This document shows, piece after piece, positions 15,127 to 28,257 of a stretch of 64,000 nt of DNA. Under the pieces are notes generated by a model. It did no database searches and was not told the origin of the DNA. It saw nothing but the letters and a program-made list of their open reading frames with translations. Origin of the DNA: Syncephalis fuscata S228 (lineage: Eukaryota > Fungi > Zoopagomycota); assembly GCA_025786725.1 (NCBI GenBank), contig JAHLTZ010000010.1, positions 372,001 through 436,000 of the forward strand. The letters run 5' to 3'. Position 1 is the stretch's first letter, and the number at the start of each line of letters is the position of its first letter. The position numbers and the translations under genes are program-made.

Positions 15127-18100
15127 ATGTCTCAAATTGCTCCAGATAGTCAGAATCATGCTAGCCATATGCTAGACCCGGCGAATGATCAGGGAGAACC
15201 GGGATCTTCAGAGGCTGGCAGCAACATCTTCCAACCTAAAGCCAATAATCGTCCCCAGGGTCAGGTGAGTTGAACGGATTCTGAATTAACGTTAAACTGA
15301 AACGTGGCCATATCCGTTTTTATCATTAGTTGGCGGCCTTTTTGCGTGGCCGTTTTGATCATTTGGAAGGCGATTTTCAAACCGGTGAAATGAATCGCTC
15401 CAATAGTGCACCACCCACACAACTTCCTAATAACGTTGTGGTATGTATAACTATAGTGTTGGACGCGATACTGATTGCTAATTGAGTTATAAAGAACTCT
15501 GAAAATGAGATTGCATCCGATGATCCTCGTCTTGACCCAAGCTATGCTGCCTTCTACTATGAACACTCTCGTCTTGACCCGCGTCTACCGCCTCCACTCT
15601 ACGCACCTGGCCAGTCGTGGCAAATGTGGTCCGGTCCAGGACTTGCAGCGGCACTAGCCAACAATAGCTCAAATGGAGCAGCTCCAGTTCCTAAAGATTT
15701 ACGCGAAGCCTTTTCCCGTTTTAAGGCACAGCGCGATGAGGCGGCTGGCGGTCGTGACGATGGCCGCAGTGGCGCAGGTACGCCGCGCGGCGGCCCTTGG
15801 GCACAAGGAGATGGACGTCCATTTGCCGCTACCGATGCTCTGCCACCAAATCGTCGACGAAATCTAGTGGATATGATTCAGGATGTAAGTTGGCATTAAT
15901 TAATATTAATTAATATTAACTGTTATTAATACTATTATTAATATTGATTTATTACTGTTATTTATTTAACTATTTATAGGACTTTCCTCGTACACCATCA
16001 CCTGTCTTTGCACAGCAGAAAAGTCGACTTGCATCTGGTAAAAATGCTACTACCGATGAAACAGACCAAAATAGATCGGCCGAGGCAACAGCAGCAGCGA
16101 TTGCTACTTCACTTTCTGTGTCTACAACATCTATTACCAGTCCATCGGCTGGTGTTATTGATTATGCTGGTGGACAGCGTCGTTCAACACGTACACCTAA
16201 TGCGGCATCGGTGCTTGACGACGACCAGTCGGCTGCTGATCATGAGCATTTGCGTTCAGTTATGAATGCTGCACTTGAAGACATGCAAGCAGAGCAGCGT
16301 ATTACTTCGCAGCCACAAGCACAACGTCCAATTCCGCATCATTTGGGGCCACAGCTGATGCAGCGTTATGGAACACCAAGCACGGCTGCTTCCATGGCAC
16401 GAGCCTTTTCTCTACGCCAACGTTTATCACCACCACCACGTGCTAACTCAACACCACCATCTAACCAGCTTTTTGGCCGATTAACTTCAGCTGGCAGTGT
16501 CCCACCTGGCTATGGCATGGACGAGGAAACTGAGCTGATGATGGCAATGCGTGGCATGACTATGGATGGATCGGTAAGTAGAGAAGAAAAGAAAGTAACA
16601 GCCGTGCATTATTAACTTGAAATATGCATAGAATGGTGATAATGATAGCTTATATCGTGCTCGGTTATTGCAACAAGCACAGCTACGTTCGCAAGGTGGC
16701 AGTGGCGCAACATCGCCATTTTCGCCAGCTGCATTGTATGCCAGCATGATTGCTGATGACTCAGCTGGCCGTGCCTCAGTCGAATGGTCACGCGACGATA
16801 TACCACCACCACCAGGTGTCGGGGCGACATAGGATTTGGCCGTGGTGTATTAGGTGGCACTGCTGGCGGTCCTATTCGTCGTCCACATCCTCCAAGTGGT
16901 ACGGGCAATGAATTCCGTCGCCCATCGCCGTTTATGCCATTGGGCAATACGCCAGTTATTCCACGTGCTGCATCTACTGACCCAATTTTGGCTGAGTATA
17001 TGCGTCGTCAAATGGCTGCTGGTCAATCAACCGGCACTACAAATGGTGCTGGTCCACAAAGCGAGAGACGTATGCGCATGTCGCAAACTAATTCTAGTCG
17101 CGATCAATCGATGATCCGTGCCGAACTTGGCTGGTCAGCCAGTCCTGGACCAAATAGCGGATCCAACGCTAATACAAGTAATAATGGCTCAGCTTCAAAT
17201 GCCACTACACCAGCTGCTCGTCGCCAGCAGCAGCAGCAGCAACAACAACAACAACAACAAGATGGCTACTTTGACCCAACTTCTATGGGATTACGTAGTC
17301 AGTTGTTGGAAGAATTCCGCAATAATAAGAGCCGTAAATATGAGCTAAAGGAAATTGCTGGTCATATGGTCGAATTCTCAGGTGATCAACATGGCTCGCG
17401 CTTTATTCAACAAAAGTTGGAAACGGCAAGCAGCGACGAGAAGCAGCTTGTGTTTGAAGAGATCCTTCCGAACTGCTTGCAGCTTATGACAGATGTATTT
17501 GGCAACTATGTTATCCAAAAATTCTTTGAACACGGTAGCCAAGTTCAAAAGACTGCTTTGGCCCGTTCTATGGAAGGCCATGTATTATCGCTTTCATTGC
17601 AAATGTACGGCTGCCGTGTGGTGCAAAAGGCATTGGAACACGTACTTGCTGAGCAGCAAATTGCTCTAGTACGCGAATTGGATGGCCATGTTCTAAAATG
17701 CGTAAAAGACCAGAATGGTAACCATGTAATCCAGAAAGCCATTGAACGTGTACCAGCTGAACATATTCAATTTATTATTGATTCATTCCACGGCCAAGTA
17801 TTCTCACTGGCCACTCATCCATATGGCTGCCGTGTTATTCAGCGTATGTTTGAACACTGTTCATCGCAACAACACGTTTTACTCGAAGAGCTGCACCGCT
17901 ATACCGCCAACTTGGTACAGGATCAATACGGCAACTATGTGGTCCAGCACATTCTCGAACGCGGCAAAGCAGCTGACCGTGAACGTGTTGTTAACAAAAT
18001 ACGCGGCCAAGTACTTACTCTTTCTCGCCACAAGTTTGCCAGTAATGTTATGGAGAAATGCATTATCTTTAGCAGTCCACTCGATCGTCAACAGCTTATT

Positions 18101-18404
18101 AATGAAGTATTAGAAAAGAAACCAGATGGGTAAGTAGTTTATTAATATTTTATTAATGATGACTAATAACAAATGGCTACACAGTTCGTGCGGACTGCAT
18201 GTGATGATGAAGGATCAATTTGCCAACTACGTGGTTCAGCGTATGCTTGAAGAGGCCTCTCCTGAACAGCGCATACCGATTATTATTGAGCTTAAGCCGC
18301 ATGTCGGTGCTTTGCGCAAGTTCACCTATGGCAAGCACTTAATTGCCAAGCTTGACAAATACATGACACCGGAGGAAAGACAAGCGAGTGCTGCTGCTCA
18401 ATAA
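15127..18404 (+). CDS. Pumilio/PUF family RNA-binding protein (PUM1/2-Puf3 clade), multi-exon
   Basis: Eight PUF repeats with recognition motifs SRFIQ, NYVIQ, CRVVQ, NHVIQ, CRVIQ, NYVVQ, SNVME, NYVVQ, plus the [10 protein letters not shown] cap and YGKHL end. Exon 1 15127-15264 splices in frame; polyQ tract; one apparent frameshift at 16821-16824. Confidence 0.95.
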
Positions 18405-19135
18405 TTTTGCTATGTGTATGGACAGAAAAGAGGAACAAAGAAGAGGAGAGTTAGAAGATTGTTAGTTTGTCTTTATTAATTGGATATAGTCTTTTCACTT
18501 CGTATGCACATAAGATTAGTGACGCACAGATATGGCACAATAGAATCGTATTCTTGCGACTGTTGTTATTATTGTTACTTATTGCGAACAAAATTAAATA
18601 CACTTTACACTCGTAGCTTATTCACAATGACAGTGTCTATTTATACAACTGGAATAATCTATTTATAATCGTGTATTTATTTGGTACAGTGTGGCTCACA
18701 AACATTGTTTTTAGCTATCTAGCTTATTATTACAATGGGTAAATTTATATAAAAAGAACAGTAGTCCAGGGAAACGCACAGAGCTGCTTGATATAGAAAA
18801 GTGCGATAAGAAAACACGTGAAGCTCAATGATGAGTCGGGAATCGTGCGTTGTTTTTAGATTGCGAATTAACAATAAGTGCTGGCGATATGCTTGTGTGT
18901 GCGTATTTTTACGTATTGTGTGCAGGATGTTTTATTTGTGCGTGCGCATCTTCCACTTAAATATGCGTGTAGATGTTGATTAAGCGTATTATTTCACACC
19001 GTTTCTTATTCTACCACTTCTTTAACTTTTCTTGCAGCTTTATTTGATAGAGTGCCGGTATACTGTCTATCTGTTCTCTTTAATGATTTGTATCCATACT
19101 CTATAGTTATTATTTAAACGGTATTATATGACAGA

Positions 19136-22100
19136 ATGCGCCAGCATTGCCACTCCAATGGCTGGGTACTTGTACCCGATGCCAATGATCTAGAGACAAT
19201 CAGCGACGAGTCTCTACAAGAGACGCCCATGGCTCCTACCGTTAGTCGAGGCTCTAATGCTCGTCCTGTTCTAACGCGAGCTAATGCAAGCGGCTCTACT
19301 ACGCCACATTCGTCCAATGCCGGTACAAACACAAGTGTAACGGCCGCGGCGGCCTTCGCTGAATTGGTTGCAGCGGCCGCTGCAGTGCCACGTACGCCTT
19401 CACCAAGCAGCTCATCGTCAAGTAATAGTCGTAGTAACAGTAGTAATAATAGTCAGCGCAGTAGTTGTATCTATAGTAGTAATAGCAGTTATATGAGTAA
19501 AAATAATAGCCGGCGTAATAGCCATCACGGTCTACATGACCTTCAATCATTTCTTTCCTCTAGATTACAGCTATCATCGACATCATCAACGACCGAAGCT
19601 ACAACGACAACTACAATGGCTGCAACAACTGCAACAACGATGAAAACGATTGTATCATCGCCATCATCATCTTCTTCATCGTCCATTGTATCTGTACGAC
19701 GTACTTGTGAATTATCATCGCCATTACCCAATCCGATAGCACGCGTTATATGTGACGGTATTACCATTGAGGTCACCATTGCCGAGTCGACTACAGATAG
19801 CAATGAAAGTGCCAATATATATGCTGATGGACACCCTACTGCAATACAGCAATCCAGTGTGACCTTGGTGACCGCAATATCCAATTCTAATGGTCAAACT
19901 GCCATAACACCAAACGACAAAAAAATGGGAAATCCAAAGGATCATGCATGTACCATGTCTAATCCGGTAGGTTACTCGACATTGATAAAGCGATAACAAC
20001 AATGAGGCTGGTGAGGCTATTTTTTTTCTACTATGATTTATCTATTTTGGTACAAAGGAAGGGAGCGTGAGTGAGTGAGCGAGAAATAGATAGAGATAAA
20101 AGGAGCCAGATGGTAACACAATACAATTATGGCTTTACTAATTATATTTACTTCTATTATAGGTATCGGAGCCAACCTACTGTCTATGTGTTAATGATAA
20201 CGTTTTTTTATATCGTACATTAAGTGATTTTAGAAAGTTGGATGAATTGGTAAGTATCTATTTAATGAAACTGAAATGTTTTAATTAATTATTATTTGTT
20301 TAACATGTTATTTTAACCATTACAGTTACGCAATATATCTGTGGAGCATGTTAATGCAGCTGGTCTACCACTATTGGATGACGCAACATCGATAGCAATG
20401 CCACCTTCATCTTCACGTGGATTTAGTCTATTTCAACGTCGACGCTCTATTGTACCGCCATCTGCAGCATTATCTGCACCTCCGTCTACACAATCAATTG
20501 CTATCTATTTGCAGTGTCTGTTGGATGCATTTGGCGGGCCAGATGCTACACCAGCATCGATAGATCTTTTGGATAAACTACGCTGTGCAGTACACATCTT
20601 TCTTGAGTTAGATATACTTGATTTATCAACTTCCAATTCGGTATTAGAAACATCAATGGAGCTATCAGGGACAGTGCCAGCATCTCCTTTGGCATTGGCA
20701 CCGACAACAAGGGCGGCATCATCATGTTCATCGTGTAAAACAGCCATGACTCATGGAAATGCATTGCATAATAATAATGATAATAATAACAATGATAATA
20801 ATAACAGCATTCCTGACACCATCTGTACACCGCCTATCGATAGTGATACGACAAAGTATGATATGCAGCAACGCAAAATGACCTTTGAAGACTTTGAACT
20901 TTGTCATGTACTAGGACGTGGTGCTATGGGCAAAGTAAGTTGCTATCTACTTACTGGTGTTTATATTAATATATGTATACATAGGTGTTTTTGGCACGGG
21001 ATCGTAAAACACGGCATCATTATGCATTGAAATCAATTGCAAAGCATCGTTAATAGAACGCCAAGAACTGTATCATGCTCGGTCAGAAAGAGACATACTT
21101 GCTACACTAACCCGTGTTCATCATCCATTTCTTATTCGTCTACTCTATTCATTCCAGGATGAAGATCAGCTATTTCTTGTGTTAGACTATCACCGTGGAG
21201 GTGACATTGCCAGTGAATTGACACGACTACATCATTTTGATGAAGAGCGTGTACTATTCTACGCTCAACAACTAGTACTGGGTATTGCTGAACTCCATCG
21301 ATTAGGTATTATTTATCGGTAAGTTGTAAATGAAATATTAGTAGTAGACACACTCTAATCATTTAATTTGCACAATTAGTGATTTAAAACCAGAGAACAT
21401 TCTTATTACCCAAGATGGCCATATTGTATTGACAGATTTTGGACTATCTAAACAGTTTAACCATGGCAATTTATCACAAAAACAAGATTTATCACGACAA
21501 CAAAATGGGGAATTGGTCGACACTTGTTCTACACCAACCAACGAGTCTCCAAACCGATCAAGATCATCAATGTCACAATCAAAGTCATTGGAGAATGAAA
21601 ATGCATCAACAGATACATTTTGTGGTACAGCCGAGTATCTAGCACCTGAAGTATTGATGGGTGCTCGATATAGCTATGCCGTAGATTGGTGGAGTCTTGG
21701 CACGGTACTTTATGAGATGATGTTTGGCATTACTCCATTCTGGGATGATAATCATATGATTATGTATCGACGTGTAATGCGCGAGCCTGTTCAATTTCCT
21801 TCATCAATATCTGAAAAGACTAAATCATTTTTAAGTCGGGTAAGTAGTGATGAGTATACAGTTTCTACTTACTAATATTATTCAATAGCTATTGGAAAGG
21901 AATCCATTACGTCGACTTGGATCGGGTATTGATGGGGCACGTCAAGTACAGAATCATCCATTCTTTGAGGCCACTAATTGGGATCAAGTGATTAATAAGC
22001 AACTGCCTGTACCGTATGTGCCATTGGCCAAGACACCCGATGATGTACAACACTTTGAAGAGGAATTTTTATGTATGACACCGCAACTGTCGCCTGTTGC

Positions 22101-22314
22101 TTCTTATATGCGCGATTTTGTCTCTCGTCGTGCTTTAGATGCTAGTGCACAGATATGCTTTGAAGGCTTTTCATTTGACGAAAGAGGCCTAATTAATGGC
22201 AATAATCATCATCAAGCGTGGCTGGATGCTCAATCGCATCATACATTAACGGATACGACTGATCAACCATCAAATAGCTCTTCCTCGTCCTCCTCCATTT
22301 CTTTATCAAGATAA
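19136..22314 (+). CDS. AGC family Ser/Thr kinase (SGK/Ypk-like) with a degenerate PX-like domain, multi-exon
   Basis: LGRGAMGKV, YALK, YRDLKPENIL, DFG, TFCGTAEYLAPE, DWWSLG, hydrophobic motif FEGFSF. Small exon from 20163 encodes LYRTLSDFRKLDEL (PX-like). Apparent frameshift at 21041-21043. Confidence 0.9.
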
Positions 22315-22858
22315 CATTAGTCATCTTTATTTTCTTTTATTTTTATCTCTCTCTCTTTTTCTCTTTTTCATGCGGACATACACTCTTTGTAATTAATCGA
22401 TTGTACATGTAATCAGCATAGTAAGTGTAGACATTGAAGCCTAGAATGAAGGCAGCAATGATAATATAGGAGTTGCAACTCTAATTCATCCCTTATCTGT
22501 TCCTATTCGCTTATTGTCATTGTAAAAAAGATATGACGCTTTCCCCTTCCTTTGTTTTCTAGTTTCATGGCCAAATTCAGTATGTCTAGCAGTGAATTGT
22601 AACCAAATCTGTAAATAAAAAACTACAATTGGTTTACACGGTTAATCAATAGCTTTAACATTTTATTATATACCAATAGTTATAACTTAAATAAAATTGA
22701 TAAGCTGAAATAACTATAAAGCGCTAAAGGGGCAATTGCCTATATTGAAATCTAATATTTAAATATGTTTTACCTGCAATTTACCATGTTATTGTATTTA
22801 GCTCAAAAGCCCCTTTTGCTACTGGCAACTAGTTCATTTACTTGGTTCTATTTCCATT

Positions 22859-24428
22859 ATGTCAGTTCAAAATAATAACACACTACCAAAAATATGGCAA
22901 ATTGCCGATATAGTGTATCATATATCTTTGTTCAGTGGAACAGCTACAAGTATTGCTTTAACACGCACTTGTAAAATGTTGTGTAATTATATCATAAGTT
23001 GCAATAGTCTATGGCACAAACTGTATCGAAATGACTTTCTTGTGATGTCAACACCGATGTTGACTGGCTAGAATGGCAATTAGAGCAAGAACAAAAATAA
23101 CGGTTGCGGCAATCGATGCTAAAAATGGGACTGCTCCAATATCGATTTGGTTTCAACGATATAGACAGCGTATCAATATGGGCATGAACTGGCAAAAAAA
23201 CAAGCCAACATCAACGGTTTATTTAGAACCTTTTAATACAGATATAGTAGAAGATCCAAAATTTGCTAAACAAACAATCATTGCAACTTACCCCGGCTGG
23301 ATTGCAATAGCAGCTTTTAAACATTTTCAAATTGATTTAATTAACCTTTCGACAAAAAACGTAGTCAAGATATATCCACTAGGTATGGATAACAGCCGTT
23401 TAGAAATACTAGAAAAGATAACATTTTATCAGCATCGACAACAAGCAAATGATATTGATGATGGCATGCGTTTAATTTTACATTTAAAATACGATAAAGC
23501 CTCCTTTAGTGTACTTCAAATATGGAACGCAAATAGTTGCCAACTATTGCAGTCCACCGATTTTGATGTTAGCTGGGACGGTAGAGTTATAAACGCGTCT
23601 TTGTTGTTTTTTAAATATTATTTCAATGAAGGCATCCAGCTATTCTATAGAAGCTTTTCAAAGGCGCAACTTCACAAACCTCGACTTCTTGATAACATGC
23701 AATTTGATTATACAAACAAATTTAGAATACATATGGTGAACAGCAATGAAATTATTATTTTAATATATTCCATTTATAGTGGTATAGTCTCGTGTAAAGC
23801 AGGTTGTGTGCTATTGACACCTAATGCCGACTTGACGATGCCCAGTAATAGTAAGAAACAACTTACCACGACTACCTTAAGCTCTATGATTTTACCCAGT
23901 TATGCAGCCGTGCACCAGTCAGGATTTTATTCAATTGACTACGATCGAGTGTTTTTCTACTGCACAGTTTGTCTATTTGATGAAGAATCGAGGGAAGGTA
24001 TAAGCGGCTGGCAGCGCTATATTAAAGTATTTTCCTTAAGCAAAGGACTTATTTTTGAACGCGATTATCCGTCAAATAAATCTGAAAAAATGATTTTAAT
24101 TACAAGACATAATTTGGCCGTATTCTATTCACTCTATTCTTCGTCGTTGGCCATTATTTCATTATTAGATGGAGAGATTCGATATTACTCTCAGTTAAAC
24201 GAATCAGGCAAAGGATTTGGTCGGTTTGAGCATCTGATCGATTCAAAGCTTGTTGGTTATAGTTATAATTGTAACAAATACTGCATTATTGATGTCGTGA
24301 CAGGTGATTTGAACATTCATTCATTTCCAATATCCGCAGTACAGCATTGTACATTTGCATTTGATCACATGTTATTGATGACTAAAGAAACAACGCTTAT
24401 TACAAGTTTTGTACCTAAATTGCTTTAA
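22859..24428 (+). CDS. Divergent F-box-like protein, tandem paralog 1 (intronless, two apparent frameshifts)
   Basis: N-terminal DIVYHI...LTRTCK...I.SCNSLWHKLY resembles an F-box; beta-rich C-terminal region; co-linear with 24715-26311. Confidence 0.7.
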
Positions 24429-24714
24429 ATCTATTGAATAGAAATAAATGAAAGCTTATACTAGAAGTTGCCATATATAAAACATACTAGCATCCAATAC
24501 AATATAGCACTTCAAACAATACCACATGAACTAGAGTAAATAAAATATAGATTAAATTGGATTAAGATGTTTTATATAGTGAAACATTTACAAAAAACAA
24601 TTGTTAGAATTGGAACATCCAATCTTGTTCCATCAACAGCTGTATACGTCATTCCATTTAGTCCAAAGGCCTTTTTCCGCAAATAGATGGTTGTTTATTA
24701 GTTCTATTTCCATC

Positions 24715-26311
24715 ATGTCAACACAGAATGACAACACGCTGCCAAAGATATGGCAAATTATCGATATAGTTTATCATATAGTACGACTTAGTGAAACAGT
24801 TGCAGCCATTGCTTTGGCACGTACGTGTAAAAGATTATATAGCTGCATTATAAGCAGTAATAGCCTATGGCACAAATTATATCGGCATAATTTTCCTCGT
24901 GATATCAACACTGATATCGACTGGCTAGAATGGCAATTAGAACAAGAACAAAGAGTAACAGTAGCAACAACAATTAATGCTAAAAGTAAAGTTGAATCAA
25001 GGCTGACCTGGTTTCAGCTATACAGCCAGCGTGTTAACATGGGCATAAACTGGCAAAAGAACAAGCCAACGTCTACGGTCCATCTAAAACCTTTTAGTGT
25101 AATTGAAATAGCAGAACTAACAAACTTTGCGCAAACAATTGTCATAAGTTATCCTGGCTGGTTTGCAATAGCAGCCCTTTGGAAATTACAAGTTGATTTG
25201 ATCAAACTTTTGCCAATGAATGAGAGTAAAACCTATTCACTAGATCTGGATAAATCCCGTTTTAAATGGATAAAAAACATAAAATTCTATCAACACCGAC
25301 ATCAAGCAAATAACAGCGATAAATATATGCGTGTAATTTTACATCTAGAATACGTTGAAGAATCTTTTAATGCACTTCAAATATGGAACGCAAATAGTTG
25401 CGAATTACTGCATTCTATTGATATTTATGGTGATTGGGATGGTAGAACTATAAATGCATCTTTGTTATTTCTCAACTCGAAACTTATCGGCTTATCCAAC
25501 AATCCACAATTCCGTTGCTATACTCGATTAGTCTACAATATCGATTCAGAAAAACAACCACGTGAGTATCAATCCATTATTCTTAAAAATCCAATCAACT
25601 TTTTCAAAAACATAATACATACGACAAGTAACGACGAGACAATCATCATAAGATACCGCAATAATAAACGCAAAGTTGCCTATCAGGTTATCCGCGTACT
25701 ATTGCCACCCGGTGCAATTTAGCGATGATTGATGATAACACAGTACAAACAACTACAATTGCCTCGGATTATATAAGATTCTCCAATCCTACGGTGCGGC
25801 GTATTTCCGAAGTTTACTCAGTTGACTGTGATCGTATACTAGTTCATTGCCATGCCTGCTTAATCGGAGATACATCAAATAGAATATGATCAAGTACCAG
25901 CGTTACATCAGAGTAATATCTTTAAGCAAGGAGTCGTTTTTGAGTGCAACTATCTAGCAAGCGAAGATGAAAAATTGATTTTAATTTCAACATATAACTT
26001 GGCCGTCTTTGGCTCAAGTAATCACTCATCTCTAGTTGTCATTTCATTATTGGATGGAAAAATCTTACATGAAATTAATATAATGAATTTTGCCAACAAT
26101 TTCTGTTCCTTTCAGCATATTATTGATTCAAAAATTATCGGCTATAATTATACCATTGGCCGCTATTGCGTTATTAACGCTGTAACTGGTAGTGTGAACG
26201 CCCATCGGTTTCCAATATCAGAGGTACAATATTGCACATCTGCGTTTGGCCATATGCTATTGGCAATAAGGAAACAACACTTATTACAGTTTTGTACCTG
26301 AATTGATTTAA
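24715..26311 (+). CDS. Divergent F-box-like protein, tandem paralog 2 (several apparent frameshifts; possible pseudogene)
   Basis: MSTQNDNTLPKIWQIIDIVYHI...LARTCK...SLWHKLY; shares QRVNMGINWQKNKPTSTV, YPGW, LQIWNANSC with paralog 1; the C-terminal half is recoverable only by frame changes. Confidence 0.65.
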
Positions 26312-27366
26312 GCTTACTAAATAGACATCAGTAAGCCATAATTAAGATAATGATACTACATTAAAATTACTACTTTAATCAAAATTGTGCAGCTAATTTG
26401 ATAACCAATAATGATTTAAATATTATCAGTAAAATATGAATATACTAAGATTGATAAATAAAAAGACTAGCAACGACAAGTATAGAATATATTAATTTTC
26501 AACATATTATTGAAATAATAGACTCACGCTAAAATAAATAATATTAGTAAATATTAAAATTGGTTTACTTCACAGAAGGTAAATAGCATTAATACACGAT
26601 TGAAGGTTTAAGCAATTTATAAACGTAAACAAATAAAATATATTCAAGCCATTGTATTATTGTAACTATAGTAAGTTATTAGCATTGAAAAGTGTATTTC
26701 GGCCAATTGTTCACTTGTTCATCCATTAAGTGTGATAAACAAAAAACGCGATGTTGCCATCGATTGGTCTATATATCTTACGAATTTTAAGGACTATATA
26801 CGCTTACCTTTCTTCAAGGCTGGCTTATACGGTCAGACAAATTCGAATTTAAGTAAAAGAAAACATTAAGTTTTCAGTTGTAAAACCAAGTCAGATAGGG
26901 CAGTGCGCGGGTAACTAACAATCTTCAAAATAACAGTCTCATCAATTATGGGATATTTTTAATGAATGCATAACAAAGCAGTCTATTTATAAAACATAAA
27001 GGCAAGTAACAGAGTAAAATACAACTTTCAATTAATTCATTATGTGGCTTTGCTATGTCTGATGTTAAACTACACCACAAATGTAACATTGTACACAATA
27101 GTTATTGTTATCCATCTATTAGTTTAATTTATAAATTGTTACTAAAAATTTATCTTTTATACAATACACGAACAATGCACAATTAATAATTTATAAAATT
27201 AAACGGCGAAATGGTGATGAATGATGATAATGATTTAATGTAATAAATTGTTGAATCTTATTAAAAGCTAACAATTGTACTAAATGACAATTATAGTTTG
27301 CAATGATCGTTGATAGATCGAATACATTTGTTAATAAAAATTATACACTATAGTTTTATTTAAACC

Positions 27367-28257
27367 TTATAGGTGTTGGTGCTGTAGGTGTTGCTGGGAT
27401 TGTAGGTGTTTTTTGTTGTTGCTGTTATGCTTCTTATCACCGCTATCTTTGTTGTTGTTCTTGGGACGGTTAGAGCCATTGCCTCTCGTGCTTCCGTTAC
27501 TGCCATAAGCACCATTGTTTCCACTGTTTCCACCACGACCGTATGAGCCGTTGCTTCCGTTACGTCCGCCGGAACCAGGGCCGTAGGTGGAATTATCGTC
27601 ATCATCATCATCGGAGTCGTCGTCGTCGTCATTATTCTTTTTGTCCTTATTCTTGTCCTTGTTTGACTTTTTCTTGTCGTCGTCGTTCTTTCGAGAGCCG
27701 CCGCCGTACTTAGTGCCAGAGCTGGGCTTGCTAATGACAACGTCGTGGCACTGCTCTACATGGCAGTTGTTTCCATCGGGACGCTTGACATCCCATGTCC
27801 AGCGAATAATCTTCTTGCCGCTTGCTTGTCCTGGAAGGTCAATCTTCCAAGAAGAGTTGGCGGATGCACCACAATTTTTCTTCTGAGCAATCAGCTGTGA
27901 GCCTGAGTAGTCTTCATTCATTAAATACACTTTACAGTCACCATTGTAAGACTTTTTAAGCGTTGTGCTGAGGGTAATAGATGTGGTGGCGCGAACGAGT
28001 TTGCGGTTACGATTGCCTTGGCAAGCTCCTTTTGGAGCTTTTCCGACATAATTATCTGGGTTGTCGGAGTCGGAGGCCTGTTTGGCACCTTCGGAATACC
28101 AGTCGTTGGTGTAAGTCGCAGGGAGGCCATAGCTAGAGCCGGATGGTGCTTTATAGGCACTTTGGTAATTTTGGGCGGTGACACCGGTCGCAACACTGAG
28201 TGCTAGGAAAGTAGCAGCGCAGAGGGCAATTGAGGAGGTAGTGCTTGAGGAAACCAT
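27367..28257 (-). CDS. Secreted protein with an LPMO-like beta-sandwich domain and a low-complexity tail
   Basis: Signal peptide MVSSSTTSSIALCAATFLALSVATGVTA; core pattern G.C.VYL...C...W.I.LP...G..IIRWTW...EQC.DV.I; then K/D-rich and G/N/S-rich tail. Confidence 0.75.
   Translation of the reverse strand: MVSSSTTSSIALCAATFLALSVATGVTAQNYQSAYKAPSGSSYGLPATYTNDWYSEGAKQASDSDNPDNYVGKAPKGACQGNRNRKLVRATTSITLSTTLKKSYNGDCKVYLMNEDYSGSQLIAQKKNCGASANSSWKIDLPGQASGKKIIRWTWDVKRPDGNNCHVEQCHDVVISKPSSGTKYGGGSRKNDDDKKKSNKDKNKDKKNNDDDDDSDDDDDDNSTYGPGSGGRNGSNGSYGRGGNSGNNGAYGSNGSTRGNGSNRPKNNNKDSGDKKHNSNNKKHLQSQQHLQHQHL

Noticed and set aside
26810-26920. GC-richer intergenic patch resembling an RNA gene start
   Set aside because: No tRNA cloverleaf, A/B boxes or 5S rRNA signature could be matched.
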